Source: a virus (taxonomy: Duplodnaviria > Caudoviricetes). From it: DNA of 24,819 nucleotides. The translations under genes and the position numbers were made by a program. Shown piece by piece: positions 17,601 through 24,393 of this stretch; within the stretch, counting starts at the first letter, position 1, and the number at the start of each line of letters is the position of its first letter. The stretch is taken from positions 1 to 24,819 of IMG/VR virus record IMGVR_UViG_3300027896_000206, one strand, 5' to 3'. Below the pieces are notes generated by a model that was given only the letters and a program-made list of their open reading frames with translations, did not search any database and was not told the DNA's origin.

Positions 17601-20600
17601 TTTATTTATTGTCTTAGGTTTAATCCTTTGATTATAAAAATCTGCTAATCTTTTTATAATTCTTTTTTTATTATCATCATTTAATGATTTTAAAAATTTA
17701 TTATCAAATGGATATTTATATGTTGTTGAATCCTTAAAAATATTATTTATAAAATTTTTTATATCATATCCTTTATAATTATTAATTTTTTTTAAAATAT
17801 TACTTATTCCAATACTATAATAAGCATTAAATACTTCCGAACCATTATAATAATCGGTATTATAATCTTCATCTATATTTTTTGATTCAATATTAGTATT
17901 TTCTTTAATATTTAATTTGGTTAATTCATTTCTATATTGTAATATTATTTCTTTTATTTTTTCAAAATATTCTTTATTAGGAATTATTTCTTCATATGTA
18001 ATATTAAAAATATCTTCTATTTTTTTATCTTTAGGTAGTATATTATTAAAAAGAGTATTTTTAAAAGTTTCTAATGCTTCTTCAAAATGATATTTATTAC
18101 TAATAAAATATGTTTGTTCTATTTTTTTAAATTCATCAGGAAATTCTTCTGGATTTTTTAATTCTCCTATAAATTTTATTTTTTTTATTTTATCATTTAA
18201 AATCTTATTATCAATATAATCAACGGTAGTATTAATATTAGTAACACTTAAATTATAATTGGTATTATAATTTTTATTATTAAATTGATTAAGAATTTCT
18301 TGATATTTATTTCCTATTTCATGTTCTTTTTTTTCTATTTCCGTTGGATTTATAGGTTGAAATAAATATTCCAATCCTTTTAACTTTGGTAATTCTTCTT
18401 CTATTTCATTAAAAGAAAAATAATTTTTTTCACCATCATTATTGGCTGTTGTTATTGAATATTTTTCAATGTCATTATAATCTTCATCTTTATCATAATG
18501 GTTTATCATAATAACTATAGCATGTAATGGATCAACAAAACTTCCATTTTGATTTTGTTCTGAATTACGAGTATCATCAAAAACAAAATAAGGTGTTTTA
18601 TAATCTCCTTCAAATCTATAAGCACCATACATATTTCCTTCTCCTCTTGCAGAAATACACCAAGAATAACCATTACCATATTTTATACATGCTTTTTGAG
18701 TACTACCAGCATATATTCTTAAACCATTTTTATTATATATAGCATCTGCACCAGTAATTTCAGGTTTTCCTGTTTTTATTTTTGTTTTTTGTGCATCAAT
18801 TACTTGCTCTAATTCTTTCCAAGTATATTTAAATATATCTTTTTCTTTAATTTTAGGTGAGTTTTTAAATTCTTCAAAACGATTAATATAATAATTAATT
18901 ATATTATCGGTTAATGTTGAGTTTTCTTGTTTAAATTTATTTATTAATTCATTTTTAATTTTTATTGTATATTCATTAATATCTTCTTCATCAAGAACTA
19001 TATTTTTTGATTCAACAGAAATTGGTTTTACACTTCTTAATCTTCTTGAACTATCTTTAAATGCTGCACCAATATCAAAATATGCTAAATTCCCATTTGG
19101 TTTATACCCCAAATTACTTGCCCCAAAATCAGCACTATAAATTTTATTTTTTAATAATTCTTCTATTATTTTAATTATCTGATCTAAAAAGTTAACTACT
19201 TCAATATTTTTTCCAATACTTTTTAATATTTCAATTTTTTGTTTATATTCATTTAATTTTTTTATGTCATGATCTTGCATAATATAAGATAATCCCCACA
19301 ATCCAATTCTATATTTTTCTTTAGCTTCTTCATTTAAATTATTAATTTTATCTCTATCTGTTTTTAATTTTTCCAATAATATAATATATATTTGATTTCT
19401 GGAATCTATATTAAATTTATAAACGGCGTAAATATCTGCCAAATGTTCATTCTTTTTATTTAATAAAATTTTACCCTCTGTTGCTTCTGAATAATCTAGA
19501 GTCACTTTTAATATTATATTATTACCAACATCAAAGGCATATCCGTATGTACCAGCATTAAGATATTTTGGTTTATTTAAATTAAGTTTTTTAGCAATTT
19601 TATCAACAAAAGATTCTAAGGTTTCATTCTTATCTTTCAACATTGCATTGATTTCATATATTCCTTCATTGATATTTTCCTCTCCATTAATATTTTTATT
19701 TGCTAATTTTTCTCTATATTCTTTTTCAATTCTATTTGCAATTTCATGTGCATTATCATAAGAATATTTATAATATTTCATTAAATATCTTTCTAATAAT
19801 TCATGTGTAATATTTCCTTTTAAATCCTCTGGTCTTGATAAAAAAACGTCATCAATCCAGACTTCATTTTCTGGTATATATTCATAGTTCTTATTATCTG
19901 TTCCTGCATAATGATTACCACCTTCTGTCCAATCCATATAGTAATGTCTTTTTACATAATCACCATTAACAGCACAAACTTTTACTTCCTCATCTCTATC
20001 TCTAACTGTAGTTATTAATTTTTTATTTAATCCATTAGTATTTTTATCTTGGTTCAATTCCTTTTCATACTTATTAACATCTGGTTGATTAATATCTTCA
20101 CTTTCAGTTATATTTCTATAAACATTTACTTTATGTAAATTTGCTTTAGTATCACCTGCTCTTAATTTATTAAAATAATCTATTTGTTTTTGTACCTCAT
20201 TTAAATTACCATCTATTAAATATAAAATAAGTTGTCGTGCATGTTCTTGTGCTTCTGACATTACTGGTTGTAATTCATATGCTTTTTTCATATCATTTAA
20301 ATTTTTATTATCTTTAGTTTTTAAAGTATAATAAGAATCGTCAGGATGAACTCCCTTTTTTTGTTTTACAATAAATTCCTCAATTTTATTAACCTTTTCA
20401 AAAATATATGACGGGTCTAAGAATGTATTATTATATTTTGCTAATTCACGTAAAATATCTCCAGCATTTTCAATTTTATATTTCCAAACATTATTATTCC
20501 ATTCTCTTTCAAGTATTCTTTCAGCATGTGTATCTTGATAATCATATACATCTATATTATTTTTAATATTTTCACTTTCAGTTATACCTTTTTTTTCAAT

Positions 20601-23600
20601 TGGGAATTGTACTTGATTTTTTTTCTTACTACTAAAAACAAGAAGATCAGATTCTAATTTTATTGGATTTTTAAAATCATGTACATATTTTTTTCCTTTT
20701 CCTTTTTTTACATATGCAATAGTCATATGCGGATGGAATTCTTTATATGTTAATGTATTTGGAAATTTTTCAATTTCTTTCCTTAATTTAATCAATTCTT
20801 CATTTGGAGTTACATCTATTTTAACCACATCAAATTCCGGATTTTCAAATAATGATATTCCAGTTAATTCTACTTCAATTGGTTTATCTATTTTATCAAT
20901 AATTTCTTTAAAATCATCTGCTTTAACTTCATCATGATATCCATATAATATTGATATATGGGGTTCATCTTCTCTGCCAAATGTTCCAGAACCATCATCA
21001 TATAAATCTTCTTCTTTTATTTTACTTATAATATTTTTCCATTTTGGAATTTCAAAATATGCCATTAAACAACCATATTCTATCTTTTCTTCTTTAAGAA
21101 TATTTGATTTCGTTTCTGTTGTTTCATTTATGTTTTTTCCATTTGTTATTAAAACCAAATAACCACCATCACCATCTTCAGCAATAAGCCTACCATTGGT
21201 AATTTGTATAGATTCGATATCTTCAATATTTCCATATCTGGTAGCATCTTTTTTTGTTTTAGTTACCCAAACAATATCATCAAAAGAATATTTATTTAAT
21301 TCTTCCATTGTTTGTTTATCCAGATGCTGATATTCTTCTACATTACCATGTTCTTCCATTTCAAATTTTATTACATCGGCAGCAGTTGCATTTCTTTCTC
21401 TAAAACCGCTTGGTACTCTATATCCAATTCCATTCCAAACTGGAAGGTCTCTTAATGATTCATTTAATTTTTTGCTTTCAAACCATTTCTCACCATCTTC
21501 TGCAACATTAGCAGTATTTGGTTTATGAGATTGACCATCTACAATGTCTTTTATTTCAAGATTATCTATATCACCAGTATTACAAGCATCAGAAGTACCG
21601 TCTTTATTACCCCCAAGTCTGCAATGTTGTTTAACTTTAACCGATTTCATTTTTGGCATCCAGCTAATTATTCTTTTTGTCAATTCTTCCTGCAATTCAA
21701 AAGGAATATCACCCGGATTTACCGCACCATGTTTATCGGTATATAAAGAAGTACCATCTTCAGTTACTATTTTATATGAATCACTTTCAGGTGAAGCATC
21801 AGTTACATGTTGATAGACTAAATCTTCCTTTATAAAATCTTCTTTTATTAATCCAATTTTTTTAAACCATTTTTGTAGTTCCATTAAATTTGCATAATAA
21901 AGATTCACATCATTTGCTAATTTAATTCCCCTATCAATATTATCTTTATTAATTAAATAATTTTTATATAACTTGGAAATATTATTATATAATGCTTTTT
22001 TTGAAAAATTACGTATTAATTCAACAAATTTTACCGATTGTTTTAGAGCTTCATTGTTTATATTACGATAATCTTCCATGAATCCTTCCTTTAATTGAGT
22101 TACTACCTGTTCATGATATAAATCTCTCATTTTATTTTGCAATACTGATTCTGCAGCTTCAATAACAAATTCTTTTTTTTCTCCATAAGGATCATGTGCA
22201 AGTATCTTTTCATTATTTTGATAAATCTTATATGTGTTAACTGGTTTTGTAATAATATATTTTTTATTTAAATAATCTTCAGGATGGTTATATGCTTGAT
22301 TATATTCATCATCAAATTTCAAATCAACCATATTTTTTATATATTGTTTACCTTTACCATCATAAAAATTTTTCCAAACATTTTTAGCTTCTTCCGATAC
22401 TTTTCCTCTTAATCTTGTTGGCATTAATCCTTTATTTCCAGCAGCAGAAAGTGCAATCATATACATAATCGGACCATATCCCTGTTGTGCTATAACTCTT
22501 TCTACTTCATAAGCATTTTGTTTATCATTAAAACGAAGATCAATAACACCATAAATATATTTTTCTGCACTTTCAAAATCATATTCTTTAAATGTACTTG
22601 CAATTCTTGGATCATATAGTATATATAAATTACCATCAATTTCCAATGCTAAATTACTTATATTAGTAATCGCATCTTCATTAATATTTTCCGCTTGTTC
22701 AATAGTTTTTATTAATAAAGAAGGATCACCTTCATAAGGAACAAAACCATATTTTTTATATAACATACTTAAAAATTCAGTATATTCTTTTCCTTGTGTT
22801 ATATCTGGTTCCAAAACAATTGCTTTTTTATCATGTTGTTTTGCAAATTCAATGATATCATTTAATAATTCTTTAAATTTACCCTGTCCTCTATATTGAT
22901 CTGAAACTTGCAAATGTGCAATAAATAATTCATCTTGTGCAGGTGCTAAACGATCATCAACATCAAACCATCCTACATGACTTTCGACTTTATATTCATT
23001 AATTGTTCTATCAATGGTTCCATCTTCTAATCCATCATTGGGAATCATTGCCCACCCAGCATATCCTCCATCTCGAATTTCATTAGGATTTACAAAGTTA
23101 GTTAATTCATCTTCCATATTAGTATTTGAAAGTTCATTTACTGATTCAAAACGTCTATTATAAGCATCAAATCTTTTTTTCCTATCCCAACTATAATGTT
23201 TTTGAAATACATCTCTATTTAATCCATAGTCAGTAAGAACCACTTGTGGTTGACCATCTCGAATAACTTCTCCATAAGAAGATGTTTTTCCTAAATCTCC
23301 TGCCATTATATTATAATTTGGAATTAAATTTGCTATTTCACTTGAAAATTCATTATTCCAAAGTTCTTCTTCAACTTCTTTATCAAGACCAAATATTTTA
23401 GGTAACCCTGCTTTTTGATTTTCATAATTACGAAGAAAATATTCTAAATTTTTAATATCAACACCAGTTAATTGTTTAAATCTTGATGGTGTTATTTTTT
23501 TTGCTTTTTCTGATACAATCCAAGTATAATTTGGATCGTGTTTAAAAACTTCAGTTACAATATTTGATACATAACTATTAGTTCTACCAATCTTCTCTTC

Positions 23601-24254
23601 GGTTTCGTTTTGAGCAACACCTTTAGCATTTTTTGCTAATTTTAATACTGTTTTATCATCAATTTCATATACTATTCTTCCTGATCCTTGTGCTATTTTT
23701 TTTAGTGTTTGTTCAGCATATCTTATCTTAGCAGCAAATGAACGTAATTGTTCAAATTGATTTATATCAAAAATAACATTCGTGGTTTCATTTTCATTCA
23801 TATTAGGAAACCAAATTTTCCTACCAATAATTATTTCGTTACTTTTATCTTCATTAGTTTTATTTTCTGATAAAAATTTATAAAATTCTTCTTTATCAGT
23901 AGGTAAATTAAATGTTTTCCAATTTTCATTATTACCAGCAATATCTATTCTGTTATTACCATATTTTATTATATCATTAAAATGTTTTAATGTTTGTTTT
24001 TTTATTTCTTTAATATTATTCCCATTTAATGATAAATTACCATTCAAATGCCCATTACTTGTATAAATTACTCTAATCCAACCATCATTAAATGCTTTAT
24101 TAAATAAATCATCCATATCTAAATAATTAGGATAATATGTTTTAATATAATTTGCATGTTTATATTCAGGCACAATTATAAGCTGTCCATTTGGAGATAT
24201 CCATGCTGAAAAACTTTTATCTATTGGAATATTAGATTCTATTAATTTATTCAT
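14658..24254 (-). CDS. Giant polyvalent multidomain protein / putative polyprotein, 3198 aa
   Basis: Uninterrupted 9.6-kb ORF with motifs of 2 kinases, 2 GNAT-like, ART-like, 2H phosphoesterase, zincin-like, PcfJ-like, 2 ParB/Srx, transglutaminase-like and CCA-adding enzyme domains, separated by N/E/K-rich linkers. Confidence 0.92.
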   Translation of the reverse strand: MNKLIESNIPIDKSFSAWISPNGQLIIVPEYKHANYIKTYYPNYLDMDDLFNKAFNDGWIRVIYTSNGHLNGNLSLNGNNIKEIKKQTLKHFNDIIKYGNNRIDIAGNNENWKTFNLPTDKEEFYKFLSENKTNEDKSNEIIIGRKIWFPNMNENETTNVIFDINQFEQLRSFAAKIRYAEQTLKKIAQGSGRIVYEIDDKTVLKLAKNAKGVAQNETEEKIGRTNSYVSNIVTEVFKHDPNYTWIVSEKAKKITPSRFKQLTGVDIKNLEYFLRNYENQKAGLPKIFGLDKEVEEELWNNEFSSEIANLIPNYNIMAGDLGKTSSYGEVIRDGQPQVVLTDYGLNRDVFQKHYSWDRKKRFDAYNRRFESVNELSNTNMEDELTNFVNPNEIRDGGYAGWAMIPNDGLEDGTIDRTINEYKVESHVGWFDVDDRLAPAQDELFIAHLQVSDQYRGQGKFKELLNDIIEFAKQHDKKAIVLEPDITQGKEYTEFLSMLYKKYGFVPYEGDPSLLIKTIEQAENINEDAITNISNLALEIDGNLYILYDPRIASTFKEYDFESAEKYIYGVIDLRFNDKQNAYEVERVIAQQGYGPIMYMIALSAAGNKGLMPTRLRGKVSEEAKNVWKNFYDGKGKQYIKNMVDLKFDDEYNQAYNHPEDYLNKKYIITKPVNTYKIYQNNEKILAHDPYGEKKEFVIEAAESVLQNKMRDLYHEQVVTQLKEGFMEDYRNINNEALKQSVKFVELIRNFSKKALYNNISKLYKNYLINKDNIDRGIKLANDVNLYYANLMELQKWFKKIGLIKEDFIKEDLVYQHVTDASPESDSYKIVTEDGTSLYTDKHGAVNPGDIPFELQEELTKRIISWMPKMKSVKVKQHCRLGGNKDGTSDACNTGDIDNLEIKDIVDGQSHKPNTANVAEDGEKWFESKKLNESLRDLPVWNGIGYRVPSGFRERNATAADVIKFEMEEHGNVEEYQHLDKQTMEELNKYSFDDIVWVTKTKKDATRYGNIEDIESIQITNGRLIAEDGDGGYLVLITNGKNINETTETKSNILKEEKIEYGCLMAYFEIPKWKNIISKIKEEDLYDDGSGTFGREDEPHISILYGYHDEVKADDFKEIIDKIDKPIEVELTGISLFENPEFDVVKIDVTPNEELIKLRKEIEKFPNTLTYKEFHPHMTIAYVKKGKGKKYVHDFKNPIKLESDLLVFSSKKKNQVQFPIEKKGITESENIKNNIDVYDYQDTHAERILEREWNNNVWKYKIENAGDILRELAKYNNTFLDPSYIFEKVNKIEEFIVKQKKGVHPDDSYYTLKTKDNKNLNDMKKAYELQPVMSEAQEHARQLILYLIDGNLNEVQKQIDYFNKLRAGDTKANLHKVNVYRNITESEDINQPDVNKYEKELNQDKNTNGLNKKLITTVRDRDEEVKVCAVNGDYVKRHYYMDWTEGGNHYAGTDNKNYEYIPENEVWIDDVFLSRPEDLKGNITHELLERYLMKYYKYSYDNAHEIANRIEKEYREKLANKNINGEENINEGIYEINAMLKDKNETLESFVDKIAKKLNLNKPKYLNAGTYGYAFDVGNNIILKVTLDYSEATEGKILLNKKNEHLADIYAVYKFNIDSRNQIYIILLEKLKTDRDKINNLNEEAKEKYRIGLWGLSYIMQDHDIKKLNEYKQKIEILKSIGKNIEVVNFLDQIIKIIEELLKNKIYSADFGASNLGYKPNGNLAYFDIGAAFKDSSRRLRSVKPISVESKNIVLDEEDINEYTIKIKNELINKFKQENSTLTDNIINYYINRFEEFKNSPKIKEKDIFKYTWKELEQVIDAQKTKIKTGKPEITGADAIYNKNGLRIYAGSTQKACIKYGNGYSWCISARGEGNMYGAYRFEGDYKTPYFVFDDTRNSEQNQNGSFVDPLHAIVIMINHYDKDEDYNDIEKYSITTANNDGEKNYFSFNEIEEELPKLKGLEYLFQPINPTEIEKKEHEIGNKYQEILNQFNNKNYNTNYNLSVTNINTTVDYIDNKILNDKIKKIKFIGELKNPEEFPDEFKKIEQTYFISNKYHFEEALETFKNTLFNNILPKDKKIEDIFNITYEEIIPNKEYFEKIKEIILQYRNELTKLNIKENTNIESKNIDEDYNTDYYNGSEVFNAYYSIGISNILKKINNYKGYDIKNFINNIFKDSTTYKYPFDNKFLKSLNDDNKKRIIKRLADFYNQRIKPKTINKNINEEDELNNIIDFNKLNRGVDADDAIYVDKFPIKYLTVSKRGIIGAIYNIKNNNSPSQTNEPVSVFYNINTKKFLVSDGYHRVAQAYLNKEKTIPVNITSDVYSNYIANIPDENKFKLESTKNINENTKSPLSSLKTKLAEAAQKVYNEWEQNEEGYCDYLGYGGICQDIAEAICNVLSNNNIECTTVSQQIGDQHVYAVAKLEDGIYIVDIPPYSYETGGGYCWKKIPDVIFDEEYILIDRISADPEEFEEYIGENKKINENNNDTVDFSDEQIKILQHQWSFLDDQTKEKYKNIMFNLVKDRKLSIKNKYILYNILDIRKHIDPNPALNNKVPMDDNKIKYFEKIMSQSKPNLLIKKILYFAKKNKYISTKQSYYLYYWLKTGATPYEKGELPQDVGRIGRKDETVNEREDFLEKIKTIKINDIVPEDIIYQYIQQIHWNDNDWSEGDISDRIEQYKNYILKEVSIDKIDIEEFQTYEDIVKKYADQTKNTGYYPPIVIAHDYQIIDGTHRAQAIEMLGMKTILAFVGTNKNTNENLNEANILSLDQLPFKNEVEKNGGKIYGVGGKIRDELLGKESKDLDILITGIPLDKLAQILSHYGKVSEVGKSFGIIKFKPQGSEEDIDIAIPRSEKPTGEGGHKGFDVTSDHNLSIETDLSRRDYSINAIAKDTKGNIIDPYHGVDDLKNKIIRVVNPQAFSDDPLRMLRGVGFASRFNFTIEPETMKLIQQNASRIKEISPERILIELDKIVHKGNKILGAELLKETGLFEQIFGRNIGFNRAEPWDKIKSLGEYVFMLTKNIIDNPAYFYKNNLKGDDDNTNEIEVLKMAFDGVSDVPAKNRLIVFNMNKISSRTLDSNLLPPQIKNAVNDLKSGKYPLSLQQLAINGNDLLALGMKGKQIGETLKTLLIKVYTDQLPNNKGALLSFINENIDKNDINEGNNYTNDIIKDQFAKKNNIKLLRIPYYEFKNIENILFKII
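14810..15975 (-). other. cca: Domain: class II tRNA nucleotidyltransferase (CCA-adding enzyme-like)
   Basis: VGGKIRDELLGKESKDLDI (motif A, DxD), DLSRRDYSINAIA (motif B), IIDPYHGVDDL (motif C), FSDDPLRMLR (motif D), ISPERILIEL (motif E), C-terminal LAINGNDLLALG. Confidence 0.9.
16000..16368 (-). other. Domain: ParB/Sulfiredoxin-like (second copy in giant ORF)
   Basis: YPPIVIAHDYQIIDGTHRAQA (DGTHR at 16059-16073). Confidence 0.8.
16830..17220 (-). other. Domain: transglutaminase/papain-like Cys-His-Asp
   Basis: GGICQDIAEAI ... QHVYAV ... YIVDIP; triad order and spacing fit the fold. Confidence 0.65.
17230..17589 (-). other. Domain: ParB/Sulfiredoxin-like (first copy in giant ORF)
   Basis: EPVSVFYN...FLVSDGYHRVAQAYLNKEKTIPV (DGYHR at 17352-17366). 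Confidence 0.78.
17873..19015. repeat. Exact 18-bp direct repeat pair (ctatattttttgattcaa) at 17873-17890 and 18998-19015
   Basis: Read directly; spacing 1125 bp (in frame); both encode ESKNI and flank one module. Confidence 0.75.
19000..19665 (-). other. Domain: protein kinase-like (second copy)
   Basis: YLNAGTYGYAF (Gly loop), IILKVT (Lys), SEA (helix C Glu), ILLEKL (hinge), ADFGASNLG (catalytic D..N), YFDIG (DFG-like). Confidence 0.8.
19700..20100 (-). other. Domain: zincin-like metal-binding module with HExxE
   Basis: EVWID...NITHELLERYLM...YDNAHEIA; HExxE variant plus a downstream His. Confidence 0.5.
20089..20586. repeat. 24-bp direct repeat pair (one mismatch; 16-bp exact core ttcactttcagttata) at 20089-20112 and 20563-20586
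   Basis: Read directly; spacing 474 bp (in frame); encode ITESEDIN and ITESENIK. Confidence 0.8.
20590..21090 (-). other. Domain: 2H phosphoesterase (LigT / T4 57B-Acb1-like)
   Basis: Two Hx(S/T) motifs, PHISILYG (His 20958-20960) and HPHMTIAY (His 20727-20729), 77 aa apart. Confidence 0.85.
22100..22995 (-). other. Domains: two tandem GNAT-like acetyltransferase modules
   Basis: First (22690-22995): LFIAHLQVSDQYRGQGKF...LYKKYGF, clear. Second (22100-22677): VERVIAQQGYGPIMY...VSEEAKNVWKNFY, divergent. Confidence 0.7.
23150..23790 (-). other. Domain: protein kinase-like (first copy)
   Basis: IAQGSGRIVY, VLKLAK, QNETE, WIVSEKA, GDLGKTSSYG, VLTDYGL. Confidence 0.78.
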
Positions 24255-24261
24255 TTAAACA

Positions 24262-24275
24262 TTTTTTATAAATAC
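24262..24275 (-). promoter_or_regulatory. Conserved upstream motif GTATTTATAAAAAA (putative late promoter)
   Basis: Identical 14-mer, 7 nt upstream of the giant ORF ATG. Confidence 0.6.
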
Positions 24276-24294
24276 TTTATCTTTCTATCATTAT

Positions 24295-24328
24295 ACAAAA
24301 CAAAAAATCCGTTTTTCATACGGATTTT
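24295..24328 (-). terminator. Rho-independent terminator
   Basis: Minus strand AAAATCCGT-ATGAAAA-ACGGATTTT (9-bp stem, 24304-24328) followed by TTGTTTTG. Confidence 0.72.
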
Positions 24329-24393
24329 AATATATATTAATGTCTCAATTGTCTTATTTATGTTCTATTTTAAATAATTAATAATAATATTAA

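Noticed and set aside
31-21813. Plus-strand ORFs in the track (31-246, 1843-2079, 3028-3213, 4825-5043, 8192-8479, 8741-8926, 9019-9201, 16103-16306, 16949-17227, 18527-18742, 21525-21746, 21544-21813)
   Set aside because: All are short antisense shadows of long minus-strand genes, mostly with non-ATG starts and unnatural composition.
14658-24254. Giant ORF as an assembly artefact, or as containing inteins
   Set aside because: A 9.6-kb stop-free frame in such AT-rich DNA with in-frame consistent linkers is unlikely to be artefactual; no intein (C/S...HN) or LAGLIDADG motifs recognised.
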